Shown here in pieces: positions 63,701 through 64,000 of a DNA stretch of 64,000 nucleotides. Position numbers and translations under genes: made by a program. Origin of the DNA: Amoebophrya sp. A120 (lineage: Eukaryota; Protista; Dinoflagellata); the NCBI GenBank assembly GCA_905178155.1, contig CAJINV010000002.1, positions 558,376 to 622,375 of the forward strand, written 5' to 3'. The notes below the pieces were generated by a model. That model ran no database searches and had not been told where the DNA came from. It worked only from the letters and a program-made list of their open reading frames with translations. Position 1 is the first letter of the stretch. Each line of letters starts with the position of its first letter.

Positions 63701-64000
63701 TTGTTTGTCAGCACCCACGACAGCGCCGTTATGGACATGCGCCACGGCATGCGCGAAGGCCTGTTCTTGCTTCCCCTCGTGCCCATGCAAGTGGGTGTCC
63801 CAGTGGGTTTTCCATGCGGTCCAGTCTGTTGCGAGGATGTGGCTTGGATCGACGTTTTATCCAGGGAAAAGATCGTGTCAGGAAGGAACGATCTTGTTCT
63901 ATCCGGCTAAAATAAATGAACCACACGACAATTGATTTAAAGCAAATCTGTACTATTTTGGTTTCAACATCTGATGTATACAGGCATGAAACTTGAGCAG
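39704..64000 (-). CDS. Giant repeat-rich surface/membrane protein (5' end outside window; 3' end uncertain)
   Basis: Asp-rich repeats with GLPDP and FETLLxxYLD motifs. Removing introners joins exon 46146-45881 in frame to the 816-aa low-complexity ORF, and that ORF to a TM segment (YLLLFLPVLSLLLAGCV). Confidence 0.7.
39856..40127. mobile_element. Introner family B
   Basis: TSD actcc/actcc. Confidence 0.9.
40781..41496. mobile_element. GC-rich 716-bp TAT...ATA element
   Basis: IR gtagtgaggtc (40800-40810 and 41483-41493); flanks ccaaa/caaag. Confidence 0.7.
42189..43135. mobile_element. Introner family G with nested GC-rich MITE-like sequence (about 42345-43080)
   Basis: 25-bp TIR with 1 mismatch (tatcccacagaaaaaagctggcagg); TSD atagg/atagg; inner gagagg/cctctc foldback at 42774-43070. 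Confidence 0.85.
45661..45880. mobile_element. Introner family F
   Basis: TSD tgttc/tattc. Confidence 0.85.
46147..46309. mobile_element. Introner family A
   Basis: TSD ttttc/ttttc. Confidence 0.9.
46392..47311. mobile_element. Introner family D with nested insertion
   Basis: TSD tcgat/tcgat; left end variant cat. Confidence 0.85.
46442..47068 (-). mobile_element. 627-bp SINE/LINE-tail-like insertion
   Basis: 8-bp TSD gagaatct; (AACG)4 tail on the minus strand; no TIR. Confidence 0.7.
47342..47664. mobile_element. Introner family C
   Basis: TSD gcggg/gcggg. Confidence 0.9.
47702..47864. mobile_element. Introner family A
   Basis: TSD gcttc/gcttc. Confidence 0.9.
48049..48247. mobile_element. 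Introner family G
   Basis: TSD ctcgt/atcgt; related to the 42189 element in reverse orientation. Confidence 0.8.
48282..48585. mobile_element. Introner family D
   Basis: TSD agttc; the right copy is split by the next element. Confidence 0.85.
48588..48747. mobile_element. Introner family A
   Basis: TSD ataag/ataag. Confidence 0.9.
48821..49041. mobile_element. Introner family G
   Basis: TIR tatcgNNagaaaaaactgt; TSD decayed. Confidence 0.75.
49076..49239. mobile_element. Introner family A
   Basis: TSD cagca/cagca. Confidence 0.9.
49415..49686. mobile_element. Introner family B
   Basis: TSD agggg/agggg. Confidence 0.9.
49734..49883. mobile_element. Introner family A
   Basis: TSD cgttt/cgttt. 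Confidence 0.9.
49933..50269. mobile_element. Introner family C
   Basis: TSD atccg/atccg. Confidence 0.85.
50471..50732. mobile_element. Introner family B
   Basis: TSD ccagg/ccagg. Confidence 0.9.
50765..50917. mobile_element. Introner family A
   Basis: TSD gtaac/gtaac. Confidence 0.9.
50974..51292. mobile_element. Introner family H (TIR tattacaRtgaaaaRtgcccccac)
   Basis: TSD aatcg/aatgg. Confidence 0.85.
51337..51502. mobile_element. Introner family A
   Basis: TSD ccgtg/ccgtg. Confidence 0.9.
52084..52399. mobile_element. Introner family D
   Basis: TSD tcccg/tctcg. Confidence 0.8.
52596..53492. mobile_element. Introner family E with nested insertion
   Basis: TSD tcgtc/tcttc. Confidence 0.75.
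52688..53328. mobile_element. Probable solo LTR inside an introner
   Basis: Ends t(a)gttgcagagacg ... cgtcttgcgtaaca; flanks gatct/gatat; TATA-like and AATAAA motifs. Confidence 0.5.
53718..53929. mobile_element. Introner family G-like
   Basis: tatcccagag...ctccgggata; TSD decayed. Confidence 0.65.
54061..54316. mobile_element. Introner family B
   Basis: TSD acagg/acagg. Confidence 0.9.
54487..54636. mobile_element. Introner family A
   Basis: TSD ccggt/ccggt. Confidence 0.9.
54700..54940. mobile_element. Introner family F
   Basis: TSD ggcgt/tgcgt. Confidence 0.85.
54978..55239. mobile_element. Introner family B
   Basis: TSD cgtcg/cgtcg. Confidence 0.9.
55329..55476. mobile_element. Introner family A
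   Basis: TSD acaca/acaca. Confidence 0.9.
55492..55877. mobile_element. Introner family D-like (left end decayed)
   Basis: IR aaaacgtacccgcg / cgcgggtacgtttt. Confidence 0.65.
56028..56296. mobile_element. Introner family B
   Basis: TSD tgttc/tgttc. Confidence 0.9.
56362..56597. mobile_element. Introner family E
   Basis: TSD tcaac/tcgac. Confidence 0.85.
56698..56999. mobile_element. Introner family B
   Basis: TSD cggat/cgggt. Confidence 0.8.
57030..57283. mobile_element. Introner family D-like
   Basis: tatcctcttcaaa...tttgaacaggata; TSD decayed. Confidence 0.7.
57302..57549. mobile_element. Introner family E
   Basis: TSD cgtca/cgtca. Confidence 0.85.
59177..60152. mobile_element. Introner family A with nested GC-rich MITE (59217-60047)
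   Basis: TSD aaatc/caatc; inner 21-bp IR atgcatgacgtSgcctMggta. Confidence 0.85.
60360..60510. mobile_element. Introner family A
   Basis: TSD gttag/gctag. Confidence 0.85.
62046..63021. mobile_element. Duplicate of the 59177 introner plus MITE
   Basis: Essentially identical sequence, offset 2869. Confidence 0.85.
63229..63379. mobile_element. Duplicate of the 60360 introner
   Basis: Essentially identical sequence, offset 2869. Confidence 0.85.

Larger units (their letters stand above)
58000..64000. repeat. Intragenic tandem duplication, unit about 2.87 kb (more than 2 copies)
   Basis: 58900-60830 is nearly identical to 61770-63700. The exon ending ...gatcttgttc|tatccggct recurs at 58248, 61016 and 63900. 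Confidence 0.95.

Overview
Eukaryotic DNA, most likely from a dinoflagellate-lineage parasite (Amoebophrya-like; inferred from unidirectional genes and introner-type non-canonical introns). All convincing genes are on the minus strand. From 17.2 to 64 kb there is a C2-domain/coiled-coil gene, a CEP135/BLD10-like gene and a giant repeat-rich membrane-protein gene. These are interrupted by about 70 short DNA elements (introners) of at least 8 families. Nearly all have 5'-TAT...ATA-3' ends, TIRs and 5-bp target duplications, and they share an internal GCAT(G/C/T)ACAA motif. At the junctions I checked, removing the element plus one 5-bp copy restores the reading frame. Several introners carry nested retro-like, LTR-like or MITE-like insertions. 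Positions 1-17212 look like the right part of a giant (>17 kb) element inserted into an introner. It ends in ...GCTGCCATA|CATTT, the same TAT/ATA plus 5-bp rule, and encodes two divergent hAT-like DDE transposases (one with all catalytic motifs, one apparently E->Q) plus accessory genes. It is a candidate autonomous driver of the introner system. All calls were made by eye, without database searches.
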